Source: Bdellovibrionia bacterium | GTDB taxonomy: Bacteria; Bdellovibrionota; Bdellovibrionia; Bdellovibrionales; JAGQZY01 | Reading direction: 5' to 3' | Assembly: GCA_030424715.1 (NCBI GenBank) | Contig: JAUHWH010000002.1 | Coordinates: 147,080 to 211,079 of the forward strand | DNA length: 64,000 bases | Shown here: in pieces, positions 26,025 through 35,607 of the stretch | Numbering within the stretch: the stretch's first letter is position 1 | Layout of the letters: every line of letters begins with the position of its first letter | Notes under the pieces: generated by a model | Databases searched by the model: none | What the model was told of the DNA's origin: nothing | What the model saw: only the letters and a program-made list of their open reading frames with translations | Position numbers and translations under genes: made by a program

Positions 26025-28349
26025 TTAAAGCATAACCAGTTCTGGGACCTCTAAGGCTTTTTTGAGCTTCTTTAATGCCTCTTGAGGGGGGATTTCTTTA
26101 TTGGGAATGACTCCAAAAATGTCTTCAATTTGTCGCCCCCAAGTGTGCACCTTCGCCCACTGAATCTCTAAACCGTTGGAGTGTAGAGCTTGAATCGCTG
26201 TCAACAGCAAACCCTTTTTATCTTTCGCTCGAAAGCTAAAAACCCATTCGGAATCATCGATAGAGATCAAATCAATTCTTGAAAAAGACGTGCTGTATTT
26301 TTTGTCCACGAGAATATCGAGCAACAGTTGCTTTTTTAGGACCGCAACGGATTTTTGGGTATTAACACAGAACCAGTCGTAGACCCCCATCACGTCGTGG
26401 GTGTACACAAAGGCTTGGCGGATGTTGCATCCGATACCGGTTAACTTTTCGGTAAACGCGAGAACCAAACCGGCGCGATCTTCTTTACGGAAGAAGCGAA
26501 TCCAAACTCGGCCCTTCTTATCTCTAAACACAGCTGGCTTCAGATCTTTGTTAGCCAAAATGTTTTCAAAATCACTGAATAGAATCCGATGGGAGACATT
26601 CTCTAGCAACTCTGGATCGAGTGCTTCCACAAAATTATCGGAAACAACCAAGCCCTTTTTCTTCATCTTCTGGGTGAACTGATAATGGCGCTCACGACTT
26701 GGGTTGCGAAGAGTATCGACCATTTCACAGAGGAGATTGTCCTTCCAAGAGTTCCAGGCATCAGGGTTGGTGGCCACAATGTCGATCACCGTGAAGATAG
26801 CCAAGCGATAAAGACGCGCCCCCTTCACCCCTTTGGAGAAAAGATACTCCCAGGTCTGGGGAGATTGGGGGTTTTTACGGAAAGCCGCCGTCGACAGAAT
26901 CAAATGATTTTCAACCAACCAGGCCACCTCTTGCACAAAGTCTTTCGGAAAACCAAAACTTTTTAAGTCCCGCAACACCAGCTCTTTGCCGACCTGAGAA
27001 TGGGCGCCTTTTTGCCCCTTCCCCATGTCGTGATACAAAGCGGCCCAACGTAGGATGTTCCAATCGGTCAGCTTCAACTTCTCCCCGTAAAACTCCAGCT
27101 TCCCCAAAAGCTTGGGGTGCAAATAAAATCTTTGCACCTGTCGAACTGCCAACAGCAAATGAGCATCCACAGCAAAGCGGTGATATTGATCGTGCTGAAC
27201 TAAGCCGATCACCTGCTTATAGTTTGGAACTAAATGAGAAACCATATGGCTTCGAAAAGCAGCCAAAGTCACATCATCATCTTGTTTGATGTCTAGAAGT
27301 CGCTTGAGAATTCGGCCCTTACCGGACTTCGCTAGCTTTTCTTTTTTGAAACCTTTTGTCTCGTAAAGTCTTTTTCTGATCGCTCCTTGAGTCTGCATAC
27401 TCGGACTTTTCACTAGATGCTTGAGAGCTTCTTGCCACGACTCCACTTTCACATTTTTGATACCGTCAAACTGCTTTTTAGTGAGTCCGCAACGCTCGGT
27501 GCTCCAATCGGAGTGAAAGCTCACCCGAGACAATCCTTTTTGCACTTCCGCCATAAAATCACGGTGGTTATCAAATCCAAACCAATCGACCAGCTCATGT
27601 TGTACATGAGCCGTCAACTGATCATGAGAATTTTGTAAATGCATTTTTTGCCGCAACATCAAAAAGAAACACTTATAATAGTGGAGGACACGAAAGGCGT
27701 ACTCCTCTTCTTCAAAACGCTCCGAAAACCATTCCGAAAGCATTATGGCTTGCTGTAGATCACGTAGACCACCGGCTCCGAACTTTAAATTGGGTTCTAA
27801 AAAGTTGGCGATCGAATCATAGCGCTTCACTCGGAGACGGCGCTCTTGGGTGATGGCTTGTAAAATTTTACGGCGAAAGGATTTGCCATTCTTAGCCAGT
27901 TGATCTTTTTGCAATTGCAACTGCTTCGCACCTTCTAGAGTGAAGGCTTTCGCATTAAACAGAGCATTGGTCTCAAGAACATCAACTCCGACACTCCAAT
28001 CATCCAGATTTTCAGGCACCCGATACCGCAGTTTGAGTCCTTGACTCTCAACATGGGAGACCACTTTTCGAATGGCTTTGGAACCACCACAAAAAATCAC
28101 ATCAAGATCTGACCCTGGGCACAACTCGCCTCGTCCCCATGAGCCGATTGCGATGGGAGCCGCTTCTTCCCAACCATCAATGTCACGCAAGCGCTTTTCA
28201 ACAGTCAGCGCCAACCACGACGAAAAATCAAGGGCGGTGACCAGGGAATGATCCAGGAGCACCTGTCCCTTGGGAGGTCCCAGGGGGGCTTGCAAGATGT
28301 TTTCTGCATCTTGCAATTCTTCTTTGCTTAAGAAAGTTCTTGTTGCCAC
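26025..28349 (-). CDS. glnD: GlnD-like [protein-PII] uridylyltransferase/uridylyl-removing enzyme (NTase + HD + 2 ACT-like domains)
   Basis: NTase motif GSWGRGELCPGSDLDVIF, HD domain (YHDMGKG, ...VDAHLL) and C-terminal ACT-like segments. The ORF is open to 28421, but that start would overlap mutS by 94 nt. The GTG at 28349 or the TTG at 28316 is a more plausible start. Confidence 0.8.
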   Translation of the reverse strand: MATRTFLSKEELQDAENILQAPLGPPKGQVLLDHSLVTALDFSSWLALTVEKRLRDIDGWEEAAPIAIGSWGRGELCPGSDLDVIFCGGSKAIRKVVSHVESQGLKLRYRVPENLDDWSVGVDVLETNALFNAKAFTLEGAKQLQLQKDQLAKNGKSFRRKILQAITQERRLRVKRYDSIANFLEPNLKFGAGGLRDLQQAIMLSEWFSERFEEEEYAFRVLHYYKCFFLMLRQKMHLQNSHDQLTAHVQHELVDWFGFDNHRDFMAEVQKGLSRVSFHSDWSTERCGLTKKQFDGIKNVKVESWQEALKHLVKSPSMQTQGAIRKRLYETKGFKKEKLAKSGKGRILKRLLDIKQDDDVTLAAFRSHMVSHLVPNYKQVIGLVQHDQYHRFAVDAHLLLAVRQVQRFYLHPKLLGKLEFYGEKLKLTDWNILRWAALYHDMGKGQKGAHSQVGKELVLRDLKSFGFPKDFVQEVAWLVENHLILSTAAFRKNPQSPQTWEYLFSKGVKGARLYRLAIFTVIDIVATNPDAWNSWKDNLLCEMVDTLRNPSRERHYQFTQKMKKKGLVVSDNFVEALDPELLENVSHRILFSDFENILANKDLKPAVFRDKKGRVWIRFFRKEDRAGLVLAFTEKLTGIGCNIRQAFVYTHDVMGVYDWFCVNTQKSVAVLKKQLLLDILVDKKYSTSFSRIDLISIDDSEWVFSFRAKDKKGLLLTAIQALHSNGLEIQWAKVHTWGRQIEDIFGVIPNKEIPPQEALKKLKKALEVPELVML

Positions 28350-30823
28350 TTCGCCAGAGTATTGAGGGCTTCCAGTGGTGTCAATTTTTGAATCTCTAAA
28401 TCTCGCAGTCCTTGCGTCCATTCTCCCTCAACGGGCTGTGATTCGGGTTCGGGCTGTGAAGCCACAGCCTCCCAAAGGTCCATCTGACTGGAGCCCTCGC
28501 TGGGGCTGTTGCGTTCTCGACGATTCAACAGTTGCGTGGCGTACTGAATGACCTCTTTCGGAAGCCCAGCAAGCTTGGCGACTTGAATGCCATAAGACTT
28601 TTGCGCGGGCCCATCGGCCAAATGATAGCGAAACAGGATCTCACCATCTTTTTCGGAGATCGCCATATGCTTGTTTACCAACTGCTCGGGGTAACGAGTC
28701 TCTAAAACGGTCAACTCGTGATAGTGAGTGGCGAAAAGAGTGTAGGACTGAAGCTTTCTAAGAAAGTACTCTAAGATGGACTGTGCCAAGCTCATGCCAT
28801 CGTAGGTCGAAGTGCCGCGCCCCACTTCATCGAGGATCACCAGCGACTGGGACGTTGCTTCATTGAGCATCTCTGCGGTCTCTTGCATCTCGACCATAAA
28901 CGTGGAGAGTCCCTCGGTGAGGAAGTCGCTGGCCCCAATTCGAGTAAAAATTTTATCCACAATAGGGAGTTCCGCTTTTCGTGCAGGAACAAAGCACCCC
29001 AGCTGAGCCAAAAGACTGGCAATAGCCACCTGTCGCATCACCGTGCTCTTTCCAGCCATGTTCGGGCCGGTCAGCAACACCGACTGCCCCGCGTTCATAA
29101 TAACATCGTTGGGGACAAAGGCCTTCTCCATCATCTGCTCCACCACCGGGTGGCGTGAACCCTCGATCTGAATAGCCCCTTCGCTTTTCATCACCGGTTT
29201 GACAAAGGAGTTCTCTAGCGCCAACCAAGCCAAACTTGTAAAAACGTCCAATTGATTCACCTGATCGGCCAGCACCATCAAGGGGCGCAGGGTCAGTCGA
29301 ACGTCATTTTTTAAATCATTGAGCAGTTCTAGCTCGAGGTCGGCACGCTTGCTTTTTGCAGTAATCACTTTCTTTTCGAGTTCATTGAGCTCATCGGTGA
29401 CGTAGCGTTCCGCATTGGTTAAAGTCTGCTTACGCTGATAACGGTCCGCCGGAACCTTCGCTTTATGAGTGTTTGTCACCTCGATATAAAAACCAAAAAC
29501 ATTGTTGTAACGAATTTTTAAACTTTGAATTCCCGTTTTTTCTTTTTCTGTAGCTTCCAGCGCCCGTACTTTCTCTTGGGAGTTTGTCGCAATGTCGATA
29601 AGCTCATCCAAATTGACATTAAAGCCTTTCGCAATAAATGACCCTTCTCGAAAATTATTGGGAATCTCGTCGACAAAGGCCCGAGCCAGCTTGTCTTGCA
29701 ATGGTGCAATCTTGTCGAGCACCTCTTGCTTGCCGTAAAACTCTCCCATCACAGGTAGGAGCTCCAAGCATGACTGTAACGAGTCTGACAAAGATCGTAG
29801 ATCCCGCGGATGAGACTGCGGTTGCCCAACTTTGCCAAGTCGCCTCTCTAAATCACCCACTCCATAAAGTGTTTTACGGGTGGCCTTTAAGGTTTCCAAA
29901 TTTTTGGTCCATGACTCAACAGAATTCAAACGCTCGTTGATTCTCTCAAGATCGGTCAGGGGAAACTGCAACCAGCTTTTTAAGCGACGCCCGCCTCCGG
30001 CCGTTTTGGTTCGGTCAATACTGGTAAAAAGAGAACCCTGCTTGTCTCCCTTGTATGTTTTGAAGACCTCAAGATGGCGAAACACATTGGCCGATATTTG
30101 CATGCGAAAATTAGAATCACGTTTTTCAAAAGCCTGCAAAGAGTCAAGGACTCCTTCCCCTTGCATGGACTGAGCATAGGACAACAATCTTTTTGCCGAA
30201 AGAGGGAGGGACTCCTCTGTCTTCAGAACCGATTCGTGAAAACTCACAACACCCGCCCACGTATCAGGCTTGATCAAAAAGAATTGGGCTTCAGATGCCT
30301 CAGCTAAAACAATCTCAACAGGATTCAAGGTTTCAATCAACTGCTTTTTTCTTTTTTCGTCAGAGACCAGATAGTAAAAACACTCTCCCGTGGTTGAATC
30401 CATAAAACTGAGAGTGTCGCGGTCAAAGGCCATCAAATAGTTGGGCGAATGGGCATCGAGAGTTTCCGGATCAAACACCATCCCCGGCGTTAAGATCCGA
30501 GTCACCTCTCGCTTCACCAAGCCTTTTGCCATTTTTGGATCTTCAACCTGATCGCAGATCGCCACCTTCTTACCCGCCTGCAACAGCTTATTGATCTGCC
30601 CTGCTATAGAGTGATGAGGGACCCCGCACATGGGCGTCTGGTCACCCGACTTTTTATTCCGAGCCGTTAGGGCGATGCCGAGAAGTGGCGCTGCGGTTTG
30701 CGCATCTTCGTGGAACATCTCAAAGAAGTCTCCCATCCGAAAAAGAACAATTTTGTCGGGATGGGCCGATTTTACGCCCCAATATTGCTGCATTAAAGGT
30801 GTCATTTCTTTCTTTTTAGCCAT
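28328..30823 (-). CDS. mutS: DNA mismatch repair protein MutS
   Basis: 831 aa. The N-terminus TPLMQQYWGVKSAHPDKIVLFRMGDFFEMF is the mismatch-binding motif. Walker A is TGPNMAGKST. Also DEVGRGTSTYDG. Confidence 0.95.
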   Translation of the reverse strand: MAKKKEMTPLMQQYWGVKSAHPDKIVLFRMGDFFEMFHEDAQTAAPLLGIALTARNKKSGDQTPMCGVPHHSIAGQINKLLQAGKKVAICDQVEDPKMAKGLVKREVTRILTPGMVFDPETLDAHSPNYLMAFDRDTLSFMDSTTGECFYYLVSDEKRKKQLIETLNPVEIVLAEASEAQFFLIKPDTWAGVVSFHESVLKTEESLPLSAKRLLSYAQSMQGEGVLDSLQAFEKRDSNFRMQISANVFRHLEVFKTYKGDKQGSLFTSIDRTKTAGGGRRLKSWLQFPLTDLERINERLNSVESWTKNLETLKATRKTLYGVGDLERRLGKVGQPQSHPRDLRSLSDSLQSCLELLPVMGEFYGKQEVLDKIAPLQDKLARAFVDEIPNNFREGSFIAKGFNVNLDELIDIATNSQEKVRALEATEKEKTGIQSLKIRYNNVFGFYIEVTNTHKAKVPADRYQRKQTLTNAERYVTDELNELEKKVITAKSKRADLELELLNDLKNDVRLTLRPLMVLADQVNQLDVFTSLAWLALENSFVKPVMKSEGAIQIEGSRHPVVEQMMEKAFVPNDVIMNAGQSVLLTGPNMAGKSTVMRQVAIASLLAQLGCFVPARKAELPIVDKIFTRIGASDFLTEGLSTFMVEMQETAEMLNEATSQSLVILDEVGRGTSTYDGMSLAQSILEYFLRKLQSYTLFATHYHELTVLETRYPEQLVNKHMAISEKDGEILFRYHLADGPAQKSYGIQVAKLAGLPKEVIQYATQLLNRRERNSPSEGSSQMDLWEAVASQPEPESQPVEGEWTQGLRDLEIQKLTPLEALNTLAKWQQELS

Positions 30824-31009
30824 AGAACCGCAAACTATAGAAACTGATATCCGATTTGTCCAAAAAATCCGCCTGGGACCGGCAGATAACCGGATGCATC
30901 GAAGCCACGATCAGTGTTAATCGAACACATCGCTCCACAACTGTCTATTTTACTGACAGGTAAGGTTTACCCTCTTCTAACGGCGCCTGCTTTCTGGTAG
31001 AAGTGCGTC

Positions 31010-31885
31010 ATGAGATTCTTTGTTATTCTACTTCTTTTCACCCTCTCGTGGGCGGCGGCGTCCGCTCAGGATATGAGGGGGCATCAAAGCTGGCTTCCCG
31101 TTCATCTGATTTTGGCATCCGAAAATCCCTCGGCTAGCTTCTATCTGCACGACCCGAGAAGTCCGCAGAAAAGTCCTGACTACTCCCGCCATTTCGTCAC
31201 TGACACTTTTGATGCCCGACTTAGCTTTTTGGGTGAAGGCGAGGTTGAGGTCCGACTGGCCGACCCTGTCGTGCTGGAAAGAAGCTTAGACGCCACCTTC
31301 CAAAAGACACTAGGGCACGTTATTCACTCTTTTCAATTTGAGTACCCCTTTGAAAAACAGTTGGCCTTGTTGGGGCAGCTCCAGTCCGGCTCTTATATTT
31401 CAATCTATGATGACGTGGACGAATCCATTCGAAGAGTCATCGACCGCGTCGACCGGGGTGATACGGACGGCTTAATTCGCGACCTGTACCACAATCCTCG
31501 ATTGGTCCCCCAATTGTACGAACTCAAATCAGTGGAATTCTATTCAAATATTGAGCAACTTGCGCCGGATCGCTGGATTCGCCCCAACTCTTTTTCTCTC
31601 ACGGCGGACCCTGTGGCTGAAGGGTCTGCAGAGAACCCATCGGTGAACCGCACCACCCTAATGCTCGGTGATGTGAAGACTCTCTACCCGCCCGACTCCC
31701 CCCTCATCGAAAAATTTGTAAGTGTAATGGCGCGGGTTCACGAGCGTCACCAGTTTTTAGGGCGAACGGGTTGGATTGAGGCCTTAAAACCTCAAGAGCA
31801 TCGCAAAATGTATTTCTCTCAGGCCAATCCCGTGGTTCTCCCTTTCTCGAACCAGAGATCGTGCTCAAGAATTTTTGGATTATAA
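31010..31885 (+). CDS. Secreted hypothetical protein
   Basis: 291 aa. Signal peptide MRFFVILLLFTLSWAAASA. No recognisable domain. Confidence 0.55.
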   Translation: MRFFVILLLFTLSWAAASAQDMRGHQSWLPVHLILASENPSASFYLHDPRSPQKSPDYSRHFVTDTFDARLSFLGEGEVEVRLADPVVLERSLDATFQKTLGHVIHSFQFEYPFEKQLALLGQLQSGSYISIYDDVDESIRRVIDRVDRGDTDGLIRDLYHNPRLVPQLYELKSVEFYSNIEQLAPDRWIRPNSFSLTADPVAEGSAENPSVNRTTLMLGDVKTLYPPDSPLIEKFVSVMARVHERHQFLGRTGWIEALKPQEHRKMYFSQANPVVLPFSNQRSCSRIFGL

Positions 31886-31947
31886 CTCACATCATCGCTG
31901 AACTGGGCTTGAAAAAAACGGGAGAGTGGGGCTATCCTTTGAGCACT

Positions 31948-32754
31948 GTGACTCTAAAACAAAAACTCCATGAAGTTATCTTTGAAGCCGAAACTCTCTC
32001 TGGCAAGATTTTTGACATCGTCTTGATCGTCGCCATCTTGGGGAGCGTGGCGGTAACCATGCTCGAATCCGTGGAATCCATCGCCGTCCTGAACGAGTCC
32101 CTATTTTTCGGTTTCGAAGTGGTGTTTACGCTATTTTTTACAGTGGAGTACTTTTTAAGAATTTACTGCTCCTCTAGCTCCAAGGCCTATGTCTTTAGTT
32201 TCTTCGGCCTCGTGGATCTCTTAGCCACACTGCCTTTCTACATCCAACTTTTTGTCCCAGGAGCCCAGAGCCTGACGATTGTTCGAGGATTACGGATCAT
32301 GCGAGTGTTCCGAGTTTTAAAGCTCAACCAATACGCACTGGCCGGTCAACAACTGAATGCCGCCCTCAAACAAAGTTGGCCCAAAATATTTGTTTTTCTC
32401 ATCACCATCATTACTTCAGTTTCTATTATGGGAACCCTAATCTATATGATCGAAGGACGGGAGAACGGCTTTACGAGTATTCCCAAAGCCGTCTACTGGG
32501 CGGTAGTAACCATGACAACTGTAGGTTACGGCGACCTAACCCCACAAACCGATTTAGGGCAATTCACTTCTGTAGTGTTAATGATCTTGGGCTATGGTGT
32601 TCTCGCCGTACCGACAGGGATCGTAACATCTGAGGTGATTAAAATTAATAGCAATCAAGAATACACAAGAACTTGCTCGTCCTGCTTTAAAGAGGGACAC
32701 AACCAAGGGGCCCAGTTCTGCGACCGGTGTGGCGCTTCTTTAGGTCCGAAATGA
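31948..32754 (+). CDS. Voltage-gated-type K+ channel (6TM, S4 sensor, TVGYGD filter) with C-terminal zinc-ribbon
   Basis: The S4 has Arg at every third position (IVRGLRIMRVFRVLKL). The selectivity filter is MTTVGYGD. The C-terminus CSSCFKEGHNQGAQFCDRCG is a CxxC...CxxC motif. The start is uncertain: the track gives 31861 (GTG) and I prefer the GTG at 31948. Confidence 0.8.
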   Translation: MTLKQKLHEVIFEAETLSGKIFDIVLIVAILGSVAVTMLESVESIAVLNESLFFGFEVVFTLFFTVEYFLRIYCSSSSKAYVFSFFGLVDLLATLPFYIQLFVPGAQSLTIVRGLRIMRVFRVLKLNQYALAGQQLNAALKQSWPKIFVFLITIITSVSIMGTLIYMIEGRENGFTSIPKAVYWAVVTMTTVGYGDLTPQTDLGQFTSVVLMILGYGVLAVPTGIVTSEVIKINSNQEYTRTCSSCFKEGHNQGAQFCDRCGASLGPK

Positions 32755-32756
32755 AC

Positions 32757-32978
32757 TTAGGGTTTTAAGAAAGTGCGCCGATAGCTTTTGCTTTCAGCGG
32801 TTTGTTGAGCCGACTCTTGGCTTTTTTTGAGAAACTGGTCATCCATTATCAATCTTTGATCTGGAGTTTCAGGGGTCAACACCCATTCAGGGTCTCCGCT
32901 CACTACAGGCTTTTGAGCACAGGCGCCCAGTGACACCATAATGAAGACCAACGACAATACCATTTTAACTGAGACCAC
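32757..32978 (-). CDS. Small putative lipoprotein
   Basis: 73 aa. VSVKMVLSLVFIMVSLGAC carries a lipobox-like LGAC. No family recognised. Confidence 0.45.
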   Translation of the reverse strand: MVSVKMVLSLVFIMVSLGACAQKPVVSGDPEWVLTPETPDQRLIMDDQFLKKSQESAQQTAESKSYRRTFLKP

Positions 32979-33148
32979 AATTCCACCATGTTTTTTGTTT
33001 GTGATTCACGTATACCGAATGTCGTCAAAAAAACCACTGAAAAAACAATGATTTGAAAGAATTTCTAAAAGTCCTAAGAAAGCTTTTTGGGCAAGAGGCG
33101 AGCCGCCTAGCGGATCACTGGAACGTGCAAAATCGCGACGGCCCGGCC

Positions 33149-34561
33149 TTAAGAAGTTTCTAAAGCGGTCAGCATTTTCTGATAAATACCCTGAAAGCCA
33201 CCGTTACTCATGATCAATACGGTATCACCAGACTTCGCTTTCGAGGCGATCACCTCCACCGCTTCCTCCACGGCTTCAAAACTAAACCCCGGTGTGGTCG
33301 GCGCGATATCCCGCAGGATCTGCTCAACATCGAGACTTTCCTCTCTGGATAACTTCGCCACCCCTTGAAAGGGGCGGCTGATTAAAACCTCATCGGCTTT
33401 GGCCAAGGCCCGGGTGTAGGCCTCTTGAAAGATACGACGGCGAGAAGTGTTTGAACGGGGTTCAAACACCACAAACAGGCGCCCCTTGTTCTCTCGCTTT
33501 TGAAAACTATCGATGGTCGCAGCCACAGCCGTCGGATGATGGGCAAAGTCCTCGATCACCTGCACCCCACGGGGCTCCCCGATCAGCTCTTGTCGCCGTT
33601 TGACACCCTTAAAACTAGCAAAAACCTTTTTCATATCGCATTGAAAGCCTAGTTCTCGACAAAGAGCGTACACAGACAAAGCGTTCGTCACGTTATACTG
33701 ACCGAACATGGGCACAAAAAGACGGTCTTCTTTGCTCCCTTTGAAAATCACATCAAACTCCAACCCCTGCCGCAGAAATTTTAAATCTGAAGCCGTCCAG
33801 TCGCCGCTTTCGAAGCCGTATGACACTTTTGGCCCCTGGTAGTGGTGCAAAATTTTCGGAATATTTTTGTCTTCTTGGTTGTAAACCAACAGTCCATCGC
33901 TGGTTGGAATAATTTGTAGTAATGACTCAAAGGCTTTTAAGATATCATCGAGAGAGTCATAGATATCCGCATGATCAAATTCAATGCCACTGAGAATCAC
34001 AGAGCGAGGATTATAAAACACAAACTTTGGGACTTTCGCAAAAAAGGCCGTGTCGTATTCGTCCCCTTCAATCACGAAGTGTTGTCCCCCTGGGTTCTGA
34101 AAAGACTGATGAAAGTTGCCGGGGATCCCGCCAATCAAAAACCCTGGCTTCAAACCCTCTTGCTCGCAGGCCCAAGCCAACATCGCCGTGGTGGTGGTCT
34201 TGCCATGGGTGCCTGCAACGACCATTGAGTGACGATCTTCAATTACAAAATCGCGCAGAGTCTCTGGTAAACTGGCATAGGGAATATCTGTTTTTAAAAG
34301 AGCATCGGCCTCTTCGTAGTGTTTAGAAATCACATTGCCCACCACCACAAAATCGGGACGGGGCTCAAGATTTTCCGCTTTGTAGCCCTGCAAAATCGAG
34401 ATGCCCTGACTTTCAAGCTGGGTCGACATCGGTGGGTAAACATTTTGATCGCTTCCGGTGATCTTAAAACCCCGTTCTTGTAAGATACCAGCTAAAGACG
34501 CCATAGCCGTTCCACAAATGCCCATCAAGTGAATATGAGATCCTGGCTTCAATTGAATCAT
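33149..34561 (-). CDS. mpl: UDP-N-acetylmuramate:L-alanyl-gamma-D-glutamyl-meso-DAP ligase (murein peptide ligase Mpl)
   Basis: HIHLMGICGTAMASLAGIL...GSDQNVYPPMSTQLE matches the Mpl N-terminus (NVYPPMST). Mur ligase central motif AGTHGKTTTT. ATG at 34559-34561, in an ATGA overlap with the upstream gene stop. Confidence 0.9.
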   Translation of the reverse strand: MIQLKPGSHIHLMGICGTAMASLAGILQERGFKITGSDQNVYPPMSTQLESQGISILQGYKAENLEPRPDFVVVGNVISKHYEEADALLKTDIPYASLPETLRDFVIEDRHSMVVAGTHGKTTTTAMLAWACEQEGLKPGFLIGGIPGNFHQSFQNPGGQHFVIEGDEYDTAFFAKVPKFVFYNPRSVILSGIEFDHADIYDSLDDILKAFESLLQIIPTSDGLLVYNQEDKNIPKILHHYQGPKVSYGFESGDWTASDLKFLRQGLEFDVIFKGSKEDRLFVPMFGQYNVTNALSVYALCRELGFQCDMKKVFASFKGVKRRQELIGEPRGVQVIEDFAHHPTAVAATIDSFQKRENKGRLFVVFEPRSNTSRRRIFQEAYTRALAKADEVLISRPFQGVAKLSREESLDVEQILRDIAPTTPGFSFEAVEEAVEVIASKAKSGDTVLIMSNGGFQGIYQKMLTALETS

Positions 34562-35607
34562 GCTCGCCCTTTCAAGTGTTCGAAAATCCAATTATGGATC
34601 TGGGGCCGTAACCGCACAAAGCCTTTGTTTTCACGAGTGGGATAAACCCTGTTGCTCAGTATACAAACAAACAGATCCCGTTCGGGATCAAACCAAAATG
34701 AGGTGCCGGTGAACCCCGTGTGACCAAAAGACTTTTTGCTGAAAAAATCACCCGCCGAAGCCTTCTCTTCACTCGGTAACATAAAGCCGTACCCCCAATC
34801 GCCTTGATCTTTTGGCATCGAGCGCGCGGCGAATCTTTTTAGATCCTGACGCTGCAGGATTTTATGCTCTCCCCGCCAGACTTTTCGAATCAGCTGTCCG
34901 TATAAAAAAAGGTCGCCGATTTGTCCAAATAAACCAGCGTGGGGCGCCACCCCACCGAGGGCCCAAGCATTTTCATCATGAACCTGACCGCGGACAACCT
35001 GCTTGCGCCATGGGCAGTTCTCGGTGGGAGCATAGTCGCCAAGCTTGCGATGTCTGATATTTGAAGCATTGAAATGAAAATCACTAGCTCCAAGAAATTT
35101 AGCTTTCAGTCGCTGCCAGATCATCAGAAGGGGCTTGCCTTCAAGCTTCTGCATAATCGCACCGAGCAAATAAAAATCAATATCAGAGTAGACGGCTTTT
35201 TTACCATTGGACAGCGGCGCTTGCCGACAAAACTTCTCCATTTGCTGATACCTCTGCTCAATAGAAAGGCTCGTAGAGATGTCTTTGTAAAAGGGCTGCC
35301 ACCAATCGTTACCAGCGCTGTGATTCAACAACTGCCCCACTTTGACTCGGGCATGGGGGTACCAGGGTAAAATCCCTTGAACTTTCCTCTGTAAAATCTT
35401 GGGATCGCACAATGAGTGCTCCAGAAACCAAAGGGTGGTGAAAACAATTTTAGTAAGAGAGGCGATATCGTAAAAAGAGTAGGTTTTGCCGCAGGCTATA
35501 TCAACCACCCGCTGCCCTTGATAGCAGGCTTGCACCTTGAGACCTTGAAAATCGAAGTCTTCCGATTGTTTAATAAATTTTTGCAACTCTTGGTTCAAAG
35601 GGTTCAC
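34558..35607 (-). CDS. Beta-lactamase-fold serine hydrolase (SxxK; class C/AmpH/esterase-like)
   Basis: 349 aa. SxxK motif ASLTKIV, a Tyr motif YSD and an HTG triad variant FGHTGFTG. GTGA overlap with the ldcA stop. Confidence 0.8.
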   Translation of the reverse strand: MNPLNQELQKFIKQSEDFDFQGLKVQACYQGQRVVDIACGKTYSFYDIASLTKIVFTTLWFLEHSLCDPKILQRKVQGILPWYPHARVKVGQLLNHSAGNDWWQPFYKDISTSLSIEQRYQQMEKFCRQAPLSNGKKAVYSDIDFYLLGAIMQKLEGKPLLMIWQRLKAKFLGASDFHFNASNIRHRKLGDYAPTENCPWRKQVVRGQVHDENAWALGGVAPHAGLFGQIGDLFLYGQLIRKVWRGEHKILQRQDLKRFAARSMPKDQGDWGYGFMLPSEEKASAGDFFSKKSFGHTGFTGTSFWFDPERDLFVCILSNRVYPTRENKGFVRLRPQIHNWIFEHLKGRA

